Virus record (IMG/VR): IMGVR_UViG_3300045988_106087
Coordinates: 1-62,951 of that record
Source: a virus
Reading direction: 5' to 3' (one strand)
DNA length: 62,951 nt
The notes beneath the pieces were generated by a model. It searched no databases. It was not told the origin of the DNA and saw only the letters and a list, made by a program, of their open reading frames with translations. The stretch's first letter is position 1. The number at the start of each line of letters is the position of its first letter. Positions 26,557 to 37,387 of the stretch are shown in pieces. The translations under genes were made by a program, and so were the position numbers.

Positions 26557-29500
26557 ATGGCAGCAGAAACAATCGTGATCGAGGTAAGAGCCGATTTTAA
26601 GAACAACATGGGTTCCGGTATGAGTGGAGCAAAAAGTCAGGTTGATAAGTTCAATCAGAGTGTTGACAAATCCAAAGAGAAGATAAAGGGACTTGGTGGA
26701 GAACACGCTCAACCAAAAGTGAGCCTTATTGACCGTGCATCATCTACCCTCAACAAATTGAACTCCGGATTGCGTACTTTTGGAAGTAAGACGTGGAGAG
26801 CAGGTGTAAAGGTCATAGATTATGCCACAAGACCGCTCCGTGGAATCAAAAATATGCTCTTCTCAATTAAATCACTTGCGGTTGCCGTAGGTGGTGCTCT
26901 TATGTTCAAAAAGGGCATCATGGAGCCTATCAACCTTGCTGATGCCTACTCTTCCGCTAAGATTGGATTTTCTACCCTTTTAGGAGAGAAAAAAGGGCAG
27001 AAGATGATGAATGATCTTGATAAATTTGCAGAAAAAACCCCATTCAAGACAAGTAACACAATCGCACAGGCTCAAAAACTGGTAGCCATGGGATGGGATG
27101 CTAAAGACATCGTAAAAGATATGTATACAATCGGTGACGCAGCGGCGGCAACCGGTAAAGGTGATGAGGGATTGCAGAGAATCGCTCTGGCACTCTCACA
27201 GATTAAATCAAAGGGTAAACTATCGACCGAAGAATTGAATCAGTTAGCAGAAGCAGGAATCTCCGCAAAGAGATATATCGCAGAAGGCTTGGGATATGGT
27301 TCTGGAGATAAAGCACTTGCTAAAATGTCAAAGGATCTTGAAGACGGTAAAATCATGGCAAATGAAGCCATAACCGCAATCCTGAAAGGTATGAAAGAAT
27401 ATAAGGGAATGATGGACAAGACCGCCAATGAAACCGTGGAAGGTCTGAAATCTCAAATTGAAGATGCATTTGAGATCAATGTATTCCGTAGATGGGGGCA
27501 AGGATTACAGGATGGAGCAAAGAGAGGTTTAGGATCCATCGTTGAATTGCTCGATAAAAGTAAATCCGGCTTGAAGTCGGTTGGAGATAGTTTATATGAC
27601 ATTGGAAAACAACTCTCTAACTTTGCAGCTGATAAGTTAGAGGGAACGATAGATAAGATCATGAAACTGACAGACACAAGAAAGTTTAAAGATGCGTCAG
27701 TATTCGGAAAAATCGGCATGATTGCCGGAACGACATGGGATGAACTCATTGCCAAGCCATTCGGCAGTTGGTGGGATTCATCCGGTAAGCCTTACATAGA
27801 GGGCAAATTTAAAGACTTTGGGAAGATGATGGGAAAAGGATTGACGAACGCTACAACCGCTCTTGGAAAGGGTATTCTGACGCTTCTCGGAGTAGATACA
27901 AGCGGAATGGAAATCTTCAAAGACGCATCCGATGTCGGAAGTAACTTCTCCAAAGGATTCGCCGAAGGATTCGATGGTAAGAAAGTAATGAACACGATCA
28001 AGGACGTATTCGTTGCCGGATTCAAATCATTGTTCAACGGAAAAGGCGGAGTTCTTGGGAACATCATAAAAGCAGGAATTACGTTGAAAATGACAGCCGG
28101 AGTATTATCTGCTCTGTCTACATTAAACGGACTATGGAAAGGTACCGGTGGTGTATCAGGAAGTCCGTTAAGCGGCGGCGGTGTGTTATCCGGTGTTGGA
28201 TTAAAAGGGTTGATTGGTTCTGCCAGTAATGGTACCGGACTTTTAGGATGGGGAGCATTGACAGGACTTAAAATGGGAGCCGGTATTTCAAGTAACGGAA
28301 TTGTCCCATTAGGTTATACATCCGCTATTGGTTTAGGAGCAACCGCAGGCGGTATTTTAGGCGGCATCGGATTATACCAGGGCGGTAAGGACGTATACAA
28401 AGCAATCAAGGCAAATAATTCAAATGATAAAAGGCATTACGGATGGCGTGGCGGTACAAAGATTGGAATGGTAGGTGCAGGAGCGGCGGCAGGTGCTGCC
28501 ATCGGTTCTGTGGTTCCGGTTCTCGGTACGGCAGCAGGTGCATTGATTGGTGCAGGTATCGGTGGTATCGGCGCACTTTGGAAAGGTGACAAACTTGCTG
28601 ATTCCATATCCGGTGTTACGAAGTCCACTAAAGAATTGAACGAAGAAGCGGAGAAACTTGCCAAAAAAGACATGAAAAAAAGGTTCGGAGAGTGGTCCTT
28701 ATCCGCTGACGAAGTATCTTCAAAGGTTAAGAAAATTGTCGGAGAAGATACCATTCGCAGAGTAAACAAATTCAATCAAAGTATGTCTGATTTGAACGAT
28801 GTAAGAGATGAACTTGCAGACAAGAAATATACGATTGACTATGCGAGTGCAATGATTAAAGGCGGTGGTAAGTTATCTAAATCTGATGTTGAAGAGTACA
28901 AATCAGCATTGGAGGGTTATGCATCCGCTACAAAAAATCTCCTTACAACGAACAAGAAAAGCACTCGATCAGCGTTCCAGTTGCTCTATGGAGACGATTC
29001 AAAGGGCATGGCTAAAATGACAAAGGGAATGGAAAAGACTTATTCCGGATTAGAGGGCAAGTTAGCAAAGAAATCAGCAAAACTCAATGATGTTATTGCC
29101 AAAGCATTTGAAGATGGAAAGATTACCATTGATGAGCAGAAGAAGATAGAGGAACTTGTAGGCCAGATTGAGGATATTCAAGATAAGGTAGAGGAACGAG
29201 TTCAAAAGGTAGCCGAAGCGGAAGCAAAAGCATCTTACGACCTTATCAAGCAGAAATATTCCTACAAGGATCTGACCCCGGATTCATTCAAGACGCTTGT
29301 AGATGAGTTGAACGCACAGAACGAAACCAACATGAAAGCCTATGACGATGCTTATATCAAGGCAAAAGCCGAGATTGATGTGGAGTTTAAAGAGGGTACC
29401 ATCAACGAAAAGCAGTACAAGAAAAAACTGAAAGAAATTGAAGATAAGTGGAGAAACGGAAAAGCGGAAACCATAAAAGCCAGCGTGAACGTATCTCTTG

Positions 29501-31254
29501 ATGTTTTGAAAACAAATTACAGCGACAGTTTTTCAAAAATTGAGAAAGCACTCTCCGGAGATTCCTTGAAGTTAAAGGCTGCACAATTGAGAAACAACAC
29601 TACATTCTCCGCAAATGGTTTGGAGTATTCCCATTGGGATAAGGATTCAAAGGCTCAATTAGATGAGTTAAAATCTTCATTTTTGAGTGAAGCAGGAATC
29701 GACAAGAAGATGCAAAAGGAAATGAAAGACCTTTATGATTCCTTGAAGCCACAGGAGAAAGACTTGCAGGAACTTAAAAAATCCTACGAAGATGCAGGAG
29801 AAAAAGTACCTCAATGGATTGAAGATTCTCTGGCCGATATTGAGAATGTCAAACTCATGTCTGGAGATAGTGATTCATTCTATACTCTGATTGGTGAACA
29901 ACTTGCCAAAGAGGACAGCACGCACGCAAAGCAACTTTTAGAGGATAAGGGTTCTGAACTCCCTAAAGCATTGAAAGAGGGAATTGAGAACGGTCTGAAA
30001 GAAGTTGAGGGCGAGACGAAGAGTGTAGAAGTAGACACAAATCTGAAACTGAAAGCAGACAAAAAGAACATTGATACCAGCAACCTTGATAAATCCACAA
30101 AGAGCGTAGTCGATAAACTGAAAGACAAAGGCATTATCAAGATCGATAAGAAAGGCAAAGTAAAAATCAAAACCAAGGATGGAAAGATTGATACTTCCGG
30201 TCTTGATAAGCAGACGAAAAAGGCTGTCCGTAATTTGGAAAAGAAAGGCATTATCAAGATTGACAAAAAAGGCAATGTAACGATCAAACCGAAAAAGGTT
30301 GATACTAAAAAACTGAATAAGGCAACTACAAAAGCGGCGAAATCCCTTGAAAAGAAAGGCCTTGTCAAAATCAACAAAAAAGGTAAAGTCAGCATTACCA
30401 AAAAAGGCGGTATCAATACAAAGAACCTCAACAAGCAGACTAAGAAAGCGGTCAAGGCTCTTGAAAAAGCCGGTGTTCTTAAAATCGACAAGAAAGGTAA
30501 TGTAACCGTTAAGGCGAAAAAGGTGGACACTACCGATGTTGAGAAAAAATCCAAGGACAAAACAAACAAAGCCGTCAAAGGTAAGAAAGCCACCGGAACA
30601 GTTGATGTGACGATGAAAGAAAGCAGCACCGACACCAGTGATCCAAAATCAAAATCGAAATCAAAGACAAAAGATGCCGTTACCGGCTTATCTGTAAATG
30701 GTAGCGTATCGGTATCAATGGGACTTGCTAGTGTAACTGGAATAGCAAGTATTGTTTCCAGCGTCAAAGATAAGATTCTGAACGGTGTTAGTAATATCAA
30801 GATCAAAAAAGGACACAAGCGAAAATTTGCTAATGGTGGATATGTCAACGGTGCAACATTATCCCTTATCGGCGAAGATGGTCCAGAAATGGTTATTCCG
30901 CTTGGCGCAAAACGCAGGAACAGAGGTAAGCACCTTTTGAAGCAGGCGGCTCATGCAATGGGTGTTCCGGCATTTGCTGATGGCGGTATCGTAGGCGGCG
31001 GTTCTCGTTTGCGTGAAATGATGAACGATACAGAAAGTGGCGGTTCTTCATCTGTTAATAATGCAGAATCATCACAGACACCATCAAGAAACGGAAAAGT
31101 AGAGATCAATGTCGGCGGTGTAACAATTGAGATCAATTCAAGCGGTGACGGTATTCCGGCTGATATTGAAAACAATAAGGACAGAATCAGTTCCATTATT
31201 GCTGACGCATTGGAACAGGCTTGGCAGAATATGCCGCTTGCTAGTACTGATTAG
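26557..31254 (+). CDS. Tail tape measure protein
   Basis: 1565 aa, Gly-rich transmembrane-like segment, long coiled coils. Position after the chaperone genes. Confidence 0.9.
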   Translation: MAAETIVIEVRADFKNNMGSGMSGAKSQVDKFNQSVDKSKEKIKGLGGEHAQPKVSLIDRASSTLNKLNSGLRTFGSKTWRAGVKVIDYATRPLRGIKNMLFSIKSLAVAVGGALMFKKGIMEPINLADAYSSAKIGFSTLLGEKKGQKMMNDLDKFAEKTPFKTSNTIAQAQKLVAMGWDAKDIVKDMYTIGDAAAATGKGDEGLQRIALALSQIKSKGKLSTEELNQLAEAGISAKRYIAEGLGYGSGDKALAKMSKDLEDGKIMANEAITAILKGMKEYKGMMDKTANETVEGLKSQIEDAFEINVFRRWGQGLQDGAKRGLGSIVELLDKSKSGLKSVGDSLYDIGKQLSNFAADKLEGTIDKIMKLTDTRKFKDASVFGKIGMIAGTTWDELIAKPFGSWWDSSGKPYIEGKFKDFGKMMGKGLTNATTALGKGILTLLGVDTSGMEIFKDASDVGSNFSKGFAEGFDGKKVMNTIKDVFVAGFKSLFNGKGGVLGNIIKAGITLKMTAGVLSALSTLNGLWKGTGGVSGSPLSGGGVLSGVGLKGLIGSASNGTGLLGWGALTGLKMGAGISSNGIVPLGYTSAIGLGATAGGILGGIGLYQGGKDVYKAIKANNSNDKRHYGWRGGTKIGMVGAGAAAGAAIGSVVPVLGTAAGALIGAGIGGIGALWKGDKLADSISGVTKSTKELNEEAEKLAKKDMKKRFGEWSLSADEVSSKVKKIVGEDTIRRVNKFNQSMSDLNDVRDELADKKYTIDYASAMIKGGGKLSKSDVEEYKSALEGYASATKNLLTTNKKSTRSAFQLLYGDDSKGMAKMTKGMEKTYSGLEGKLAKKSAKLNDVIAKAFEDGKITIDEQKKIEELVGQIEDIQDKVEERVQKVAEAEAKASYDLIKQKYSYKDLTPDSFKTLVDELNAQNETNMKAYDDAYIKAKAEIDVEFKEGTINEKQYKKKLKEIEDKWRNGKAETIKASVNVSLDVLKTNYSDSFSKIEKALSGDSLKLKAAQLRNNTTFSANGLEYSHWDKDSKAQLDELKSSFLSEAGIDKKMQKEMKDLYDSLKPQEKDLQELKKSYEDAGEKVPQWIEDSLADIENVKLMSGDSDSFYTLIGEQLAKEDSTHAKQLLEDKGSELPKALKEGIENGLKEVEGETKSVEVDTNLKLKADKKNIDTSNLDKSTKSVVDKLKDKGIIKIDKKGKVKIKTKDGKIDTSGLDKQTKKAVRNLEKKGIIKIDKKGNVTIKPKKVDTKKLNKATTKAAKSLEKKGLVKINKKGKVSITKKGGINTKNLNKQTKKAVKALEKAGVLKIDKKGNVTVKAKKVDTTDVEKKSKDKTNKAVKGKKATGTVDVTMKESSTDTSDPKSKSKSKTKDAVTGLSVNGSVSVSMGLASVTGIASIVSSVKDKILNGVSNIKIKKGHKRKFANGGYVNGATLSLIGEDGPEMVIPLGAKRRNRGKHLLKQAAHAMGVPAFADGGIVGGGSRLREMMNDTESGGSSSVNNAESSQTPSRNGKVEINVGGVTIEINSSGDGIPADIENNKDRISSIIADALEQAWQNMPLASTD
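30082..30537 (+). repeat. Four in-frame tandem repeats of about 114 nt (Lys-rich, 'L[DN]K.TKKAV..LEKKGIIKIDKKGNVTIK.KKVDT') inside the tape measure gene
   Basis: Read from the translation. Confidence 0.85.
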
Positions 31255-31266
31255 GAGGTGTGAATC

Positions 31267-32019
31267 ATGGCAGTTAAAGTATCGGTTATCCGAAAAAAGA
31301 TGAAAAAAGCAATGAGTTCCGCAAGCAAGACACGGAAATTAAAAATCACACTTTCCGGAGAGAGTTATTCAAACAAAAAGAAGTCGTTCAAATTAACAAT
31401 CCCGGTAAATCCTGAAAAGTTCGGTTACAAGTCAAACGGCAGATTTTTAGAGTTTGATGTCATCAATAAAGGACCAGCCAAGGTACCGAATGGAAGAGAG
31501 ATCTCCACGGTATCTTGGGAGGGATTCTTTCCCGGTGTTCCGCTTAAAAATATGCATATCGTTAAGAAATGGACTGATCCAAACAAGATTCATAAGCAGA
31601 TAGATTACTGGAGAAAGAATGGGAAAAAAATAAAGCTGACAATATCCACTACTCCGATCAGCATGAAAACCTACATAGATTCATACGAAGAAACCTATGA
31701 GGGAGCGGATGGCAGCATTTATTATTCCATCGAACTGTCACAGGCAATTAACATTGCGATTGAAAAAGTCCGAAAGAAAAAAGGAAAGACCAGCGGCAGC
31801 AGTCGATCATCAAAGAATAGCGGTAAAAAGAAGTATACCGTGAAAAAAGGTGACAGCCTTTGGAAGATATCAAAGAAGTTCTATAAGGCAGGAAGCCAAT
31901 GGAAAAAGATTTATACGGCAAATAAATCTACCATTGAGAAAGCGGCAAAGAAACACGGAAAGAGATCATCAAACAAGGGACATTGGATTTATCCTGGTAC
32001 CACGTTGAAGATTCCGTGA
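31267..32019 (+). CDS. LysM-domain tail protein (XkdP-like)
   Basis: C-terminal LysM 'YTVKKGDSLWKISKKFY...IYPGTTLKIP'. Confidence 0.8.
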   Translation: MAVKVSVIRKKMKKAMSSASKTRKLKITLSGESYSNKKKSFKLTIPVNPEKFGYKSNGRFLEFDVINKGPAKVPNGREISTVSWEGFFPGVPLKNMHIVKKWTDPNKIHKQIDYWRKNGKKIKLTISTTPISMKTYIDSYEETYEGADGSIYYSIELSQAINIAIEKVRKKKGKTSGSSRSSKNSGKKKYTVKKGDSLWKISKKFYKAGSQWKKIYTANKSTIEKAAKKHGKRSSNKGHWIYPGTTLKIP

Positions 32020-32039
32020 TGAAAGAGAGGTGAGTTGCC

Positions 32040-33062
32040 ATGGCAGCATCTATGACGAATCCGGTTTATACGGCGAACTTAATATCAGGCGGTCAAAAAT
32101 ACCGACTAAAAGACATTACTACCGACCTTATCACGGCTCATGAAAATAGTGATATAGCCGAAAAGGTCACGATCACAGTTGCTAACGTGAAAGTAGGAAA
32201 AAAGCAACTTCATAGCCTTGTTAAATTGAGGGACAAAATCTATGTGTATGCCAACACAGGGAGCGGTGCAAAAGAGGTATTCCGTGGAATTGTATGGGAA
32301 CGTCAATTTGACCGTACCTCGGATGTCAAAGAAATTAAACTGATCTGCTATGACAAACTCATATACCTCATGAACAGCAAGGATAACCTTTTTGTAAAGA
32401 AAGGAACCACAACCAAAAATGCCGTAACCAAATTGGCTAAAAAGTGGGGATTGAAAATCCGGTATTCTTACAAAAGTATCTCGAATAAGAAAATCGTGTA
32501 CCGTAGTGAAACCATAGCGGACATATTGGTATCTTTGCTGAATAAAGCAAAGAAAGAAACCGGTGTTGGCTATGTTATCCGGTTTGAAAAAAACGTTCTT
32601 GTAATTGAGCCTACCGGGAAAAACAAGACGGTGTACAAGATTGAAAACGGAGATAATGCCCTTTCCGTGTCCTACAATGAGACGATGGATGGAATGATTA
32701 CAAAAGTTAAGATCGTGAAAGCCGAAACCCAAAAAAAGAAAGATTCGGAAGAGGAAACAGGACGGTATATCACAGTCGCTAACGTAAAAGGAAATACGAA
32801 GAAATACGGAACCTTGCAGGAAATTCTTGAAAAAAACAAAGATGACAAAATGTCAAAGGTCAAAAAAGAAGCGCAGAACATGATAAAAAAGGACGGAACA
32901 CCAAAAAAGGATATATCCGTCACGGCAATTGATAACCCATGGATAAAGAAAGGTCATAAGGTATACATCAATACAGATTACTTAAAGAACTATTACATCG
33001 TGAAAGGCATTGAGCATGATGCCAACAACCATACAATGACGTTGGAGGTGAGAAAGGCTTAA
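32040..33062 (+). CDS. Baseplate hub / XkdQ-like (gpD-like) protein
   Basis: 340 aa. Called by position in the Xkd-like order. Confidence 0.6.
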   Translation: MAASMTNPVYTANLISGGQKYRLKDITTDLITAHENSDIAEKVTITVANVKVGKKQLHSLVKLRDKIYVYANTGSGAKEVFRGIVWERQFDRTSDVKEIKLICYDKLIYLMNSKDNLFVKKGTTTKNAVTKLAKKWGLKIRYSYKSISNKKIVYRSETIADILVSLLNKAKKETGVGYVIRFEKNVLVIEPTGKNKTVYKIENGDNALSVSYNETMDGMITKVKIVKAETQKKKDSEEETGRYITVANVKGNTKKYGTLQEILEKNKDDKMSKVKKEAQNMIKKDGTPKKDISVTAIDNPWIKKGHKVYINTDYLKNYYIVKGIEHDANNHTMTLEVRKA

Positions 33063-33358
33063 TGAGTAAGAACAGCAATAGAGGGGCATACAGGCTTGCT
33101 GACGTGCTCCAAAAGCGAATGACAAAGGTAAGCGGTCACTCCATCGAAGTAAGCGCAGAACTCGGAGAGATTGCCACCGGCGGTAAATTGAAATTGGACT
33201 CTCTCCCGGATGCCATATTGGACAAGGATGATTATTCCATTTGCAAAACAATATCTGATACGGATCCATTAAAAAAGGATGACAGGGTACTTGTCATATG
33301 GACCAATACAGGAGAGCCGGTTGTAATAGACAAGATAGTAACAGCAGACAAAGCATAA
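33062..33358 (+). CDS. XkdR-like (DUF2577) baseplate protein
   Basis: 98 aa. Called by position. Confidence 0.55.
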   Translation: MSKNSNRGAYRLADVLQKRMTKVSGHSIEVSAELGEIATGGKLKLDSLPDAILDKDDYSICKTISDTDPLKKDDRVLVIWTNTGEPVVIDKIVTADKA

Positions 33359-33380
33359 GAAAGGAAAGGCGGTGTAAGTC

Positions 33381-33851
33381 ATGGACGAAGAAAATTTGTT
33401 CCCGGAAGAGGACGAACTGGAAGAAGATGATCTGGTAGATGACGATGACAGCGAAGAACCAATAGGATATAAGATAGCACCGTATTTTGATTCTTTTCTT
33501 GGTGACTTCCTACTAAATGGTAACGGCCAAGTCATTACCGCAGATGAGGTAACGGCATGGCAGCAATGGTGTGAAAACATTCTTGCAACCGACCGATATA
33601 ATCACGATGCTTACACGGATGATATTGGGATCGATTATGATGAGATTTTCAAACTTAATGATCCCGATGAAATCGAAACAGAGTTGGAAACAGAAATATC
33701 CGAAGCCTTAGCGTGTGATCCATACGGACGTACATTATACGTTCAGAACGTTGAGTTTGAATGGGTATCGTCTACAGAATTAAATGTAAGAACTGAGGTT
33801 GTCGGTTTAGATAATGAACTAGTAACTATAGATACTGTAATAAATGCATAG
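33381..33851 (+). CDS. XkdS-like (DUF2634 / gp25-W-like) baseplate protein
   Basis: 156 aa. Called by position. Confidence 0.55.
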   Translation: MDEENLFPEEDELEEDDLVDDDDSEEPIGYKIAPYFDSFLGDFLLNGNGQVITADEVTAWQQWCENILATDRYNHDAYTDDIGIDYDEIFKLNDPDEIETELETEISEALACDPYGRTLYVQNVEFEWVSSTELNVRTEVVGLDNELVTIDTVINA

Positions 33852-33866
33852 AAGAGGGGGTGCATC

Positions 33867-35012
33867 ATGGATAGTATAAAAGATTTGGAAGAACTAGAAT
33901 TACCGGATTTTCTTCAAAATGACGATGAAGACGATATTCACGATGAGATGCTGGCATTGATTCCTGATGAATACGACAAAAGCGAAGGGCAGCACCTTTG
34001 GAACTTTACAAGGCCAACCGCCAATGTCGTATCACAGTTAAGAGGTTTTGACCTTCCAAGTGCCATAGATTTGATATGGCCGAGATTCTCTTCCGGAGAA
34101 TATGTTGATCTCCATGCTGAACTTAGAAACATGACACGGAAAGAAGCATTGTATGCTACCGGGGAAATCACTATCACAGGCACACCGGAAACGGTCATAC
34201 CGGCAGGATATTCATGTGCTACAGAATCAAAAAATGATGTAGCATCAAAATCCTATGTAACCACGGAAGAATGCGAAATCGGAGAAGATGGTACCGTAAC
34301 CGTTCCGGCACAGGCAGCAGTAGCCGGATCAGATGGAAATACGGCAGCCAATACCATCGTTATCAACTCATCTGGATATGACGATGTAACAGGGATCACA
34401 AACGAAGCCGCATTTACCGGCGGTGTGGATGAAGAGGACGATGAGAGCCTGATCGAAAGAATCCGTGAATACGATCAAACGCAGGGAGATTCCAATATCG
34501 GAAATCCAGCCGACTATAAGAGATGGGCGGAATCCGTACCAGGTACCGGAACGGCAAATATTATCCGGGCAACCGATACATCCGGATTGGTAACCATCGT
34601 TTTGACAGACGGAAACGGAGAGCCGGCAAGCGAAGCACTATGTACCAAGGTATACAACTACATCATGTCTCCTGATGATGAACAGTCAAGGCTTGCACCG
34701 TGTGGAGCGAATCTTTCCGTTGTGGCACCGACAACAACCACGATCACGATAGCCGCTGCAGTAACATTGACTTCCGGAACGGTTGAAAGCATTACAGCGG
34801 TATTTGTATCGAAATTAAATGATTACTTTTCTAGTGCCGTAGATGATGGCGAAATAAGGTATCAGAAAATTGGAAACATTTTGGGAGATATCGAAGGTGT
34901 TTACGACTTTAGCGGTCTTTATGTCAATAGTGGCATGGCTAATATCCCATTAACTACAGGATCATTCCCTTACACAAGTAGCAGCAATGTCACGCTGACA
35001 CTTGAAGAATAG
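33867..35012 (+). CDS. Baseplate J-like protein (XkdT-like)
   Basis: 381 aa. Called by size and position. Confidence 0.7.
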   Translation: MDSIKDLEELELPDFLQNDDEDDIHDEMLALIPDEYDKSEGQHLWNFTRPTANVVSQLRGFDLPSAIDLIWPRFSSGEYVDLHAELRNMTRKEALYATGEITITGTPETVIPAGYSCATESKNDVASKSYVTTEECEIGEDGTVTVPAQAAVAGSDGNTAANTIVINSSGYDDVTGITNEAAFTGGVDEEDDESLIERIREYDQTQGDSNIGNPADYKRWAESVPGTGTANIIRATDTSGLVTIVLTDGNGEPASEALCTKVYNYIMSPDDEQSRLAPCGANLSVVAPTTTTITIAAAVTLTSGTVESITAVFVSKLNDYFSSAVDDGEIRYQKIGNILGDIEGVYDFSGLYVNSGMANIPLTTGSFPYTSSSNVTLTLEE

Positions 35013-35023
35013 GGGGGATAACC

Positions 35024-35785
35024 ATGGCAGTAAATAAGGTAACGGCAGACGTAAACGGAGAATCCTATCGGCTTGCCAAAGTCGGACAGGACAGTTACCA
35101 AAGATCGATAACCGCTCCTGAATCTGCAAGTGATTATGATGTCCTGGTACGTGTATCAGATGATGCTGGGAATGTAACGGAAGTAAATTCCAAGTTAAAG
35201 GTCAATATCGACCCTAACTCAGTAGATTTAAGGCAAGCCATTCTGACGGATGAATTGGGTGACCTCATGCTTGATATGGTGGCACCTATTTATGACAAAT
35301 CAAAACTGACCTTATATGTATTCCAGGCACTCGGTATTACCTTGGCAAAGGAAAAGGATTTTGCCTATGGAGACTTTATCTCGCAGATATTCCCTCAAAC
35401 GGCTACATGGGGATTAGTTGCATGGGAAGATGAGTTCGGGATCACAACGGATGTCAGCAAGACGATAGAACAGCGCAGGCAATACCTTATGAGTGTTATG
35501 TTCAAGCACTCTCCTATGACACCGTACCGCATAAAGCAGATGGTTGAAGGTATCACAGGATTCAAATGTGAAATCGTGGAGAATTACCGACAAAACACGA
35601 TGCTTATTTCTATCCGTGGATATTATACAAACGTGAAAATCATACGTGCGGAACTGGATAAGAAGTTGCCGGCACATATGAACTACATTATTGTAACGGC
35701 AGAAAAGACGGACATAGACGTTGATAGATCGTCAGCATTCTCCGTCAGCATGAAAGAAAGATTTGAACTGGAGGTGCAGAATTAA
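35024..35785 (+). CDS. XkdU / DUF2313-like baseplate-tail fibre connector
   Basis: 253 aa. Called by position. Confidence 0.55.
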   Translation: MAVNKVTADVNGESYRLAKVGQDSYQRSITAPESASDYDVLVRVSDDAGNVTEVNSKLKVNIDPNSVDLRQAILTDELGDLMLDMVAPIYDKSKLTLYVFQALGITLAKEKDFAYGDFISQIFPQTATWGLVAWEDEFGITTDVSKTIEQRRQYLMSVMFKHSPMTPYRIKQMVEGITGFKCEIVENYRQNTMLISIRGYYTNVKIIRAELDKKLPAHMNYIIVTAEKTDIDVDRSSAFSVSMKERFELEVQN

Positions 35786-36280
35786 ATGGCTACATGGAAC
35801 ACAACGATAACAAACAAAGGTTTGGCTTTACTTACAAAGCAGGTAGCAGGTTCCACCCTTACATTTACAAAGATAGCAAGCGGCAGCGGATCCGTTCCCA
35901 TCGTAAACCTGAAAGAGCAGACGGCGGTAAGCAACATCAAACAAACCCTCGCAAATGAGGTGATCATTGTTGATGGTAACCAGTATACGATTACCGTTAT
36001 CCTATCAAATACGTCTGTTACAACCGCATATAACTTATCACAGATAGGTATTTATGCAACGGATCCGGACGATGGGGAAATCCTCTTTGCTATCTCGCAG
36101 ATAGATACACCAAGGCAGATTCCGACAAATAGCAATTCTCCGGGATTCAGTCTTGAATTTGCTTTCACATTTGCCAACGAAGCCGGAACAGATGTGGAGA
36201 TAATTCCAACACTCGCAGGCTATGCAACAAGGGAAGAACTCGATAACATGATAGAACTTGGAACTGATATAGAAGAATAA
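35786..36280 (+). CDS. Tail-collar fibre protein (DUF3751-like N-terminus)
   Basis: 'TNKGLALLTKQVAGSTLTFTKIASGSG' is typical of the fibre N-terminal domain. Confidence 0.65.
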   Translation: MATWNTTITNKGLALLTKQVAGSTLTFTKIASGSGSVPIVNLKEQTAVSNIKQTLANEVIIVDGNQYTITVILSNTSVTTAYNLSQIGIYATDPDDGEILFAISQIDTPRQIPTNSNSPGFSLEFAFTFANEAGTDVEIIPTLAGYATREELDNMIELGTDIEE

Positions 36281-36304
36281 ACACACACGAAAGGAGTGTA
36301 TAAT

Positions 36305-37198
36305 ATGGCAGTAAAAACGATGCAGGCGACTTTGAACGGCCAAACATACAACCTGACGCTGAACACCAGCACCGGGAAATATGAAGCCACGATAACCGCA
36401 CCATCCACATCATCTTATAAGCAATCCGGGCATTACTATCCAATGTCCGTGTCGGCAACGGATGATGCTGGGAACACAACCACGGTAAACACAAGCACCG
36501 CAACAATTGGAGACAGTCTCAAACTTGTAGTAAAAGAGACAACCCCACCTGCTATTACCGTAACATCCCCAACGGCAAACCAAACTCTCACAAACAACAA
36601 GCCTACCATCGCATTTACCGTCACGGATTCGGATTCCGGTGTAAATGCAGATACGATCAGCGTTACGATTGACGGAACGAAGTACACGAGCGGAATCAAT
36701 AAAACGGCGATCACGAACGGTTACAGCTGCACCTATGTACCTGACACGGCACTTTCCGATGGATCCCATACCGTGACCGTTGCCGCTACAGACAATGACG
36801 GCAATACAAAGACAGCAACCGCCGTAACATTCAAGATTGATACGGTACCACCGGCATTGTCCGTTACAAGTCCGGTTGATGGATTGGTAACAAATCAATC
36901 TACCGTAACCGTCACAGGTACCACGAACGATGCGACATCCTCACCGGTAACCCTCACCGTCAACGGAGAAGCCGTAACGGTTACATCAAGCGGTACATTC
37001 TCCCACGTTGTTACCCTCACAAGCGGAACAAACACCATCACGGTAATTGCGACCGATGCTGCAGGTAAATCCACAACCGTAACGAGAACGGTAACCTACA
37101 ACACATCCGCTCCGGTTATCAGCGCAGTAACCATCACTCCAAACCCTGTAAATACCGGAAACGTATTTACTATTTCCGTCACGGCAACGGATGAATAA
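36305..37198 (+). CDS. Ig-like domain tail fibre / appendage protein
   Basis: Repeated bacterial Ig-like modules ('VTSPVDGLVTNQSTVTVTGTTND', 'TITPNPVNTGNVFTISVTATD'). Confidence 0.65.
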   Translation: MAVKTMQATLNGQTYNLTLNTSTGKYEATITAPSTSSYKQSGHYYPMSVSATDDAGNTTTVNTSTATIGDSLKLVVKETTPPAITVTSPTANQTLTNNKPTIAFTVTDSDSGVNADTISVTIDGTKYTSGINKTAITNGYSCTYVPDTALSDGSHTVTVAATDNDGNTKTATAVTFKIDTVPPALSVTSPVDGLVTNQSTVTVTGTTNDATSSPVTLTVNGEAVTVTSSGTFSHVVTLTSGTNTITVIATDAAGKSTTVTRTVTYNTSAPVISAVTITPNPVNTGNVFTISVTATDE

Positions 37199-37212
37199 GG
37201 GCGGTGTGAGCC

Positions 37213-37383
37213 ATGGCGAAATATGTGATCGATAATGTTACTTTAAGCAAAAATCCAGTAAACACCGGGGAACAGTTCAAAACGACTGTTTCCCTGGTAA
37301 CGTGGAATTATTTGAAAAAAAATTATACATGGAGCACCCTGAAAGCAAGCCGTACTTGGGGTTCCATGGTAGATAGGAGTTGA
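37213..37383 (+). CDS. Small ORF resembling an isolated Ig-like module start (56 aa)
   Basis: 'LSKNPVNTGEQFKTTVSLV' parallels the C-terminal module of the preceding gene. Confidence 0.35.
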   Translation: MAKYVIDNVTLSKNPVNTGEQFKTTVSLVTWNYLKKNYTWSTLKASRTWGSMVDRS

Positions 37384-37387
37384 TGAT

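Noticed and set aside
29880-30848. 322-aa ORF on the minus strand inside the tape measure gene
   Set aside because: It is antisense to a strongly supported 1565-aa gene and is the reverse complement of a Lys-rich AAA/AAG repeat region. That gives an F/L/S-rich low-complexity translation with no RBS. It is an artefact of codon composition.
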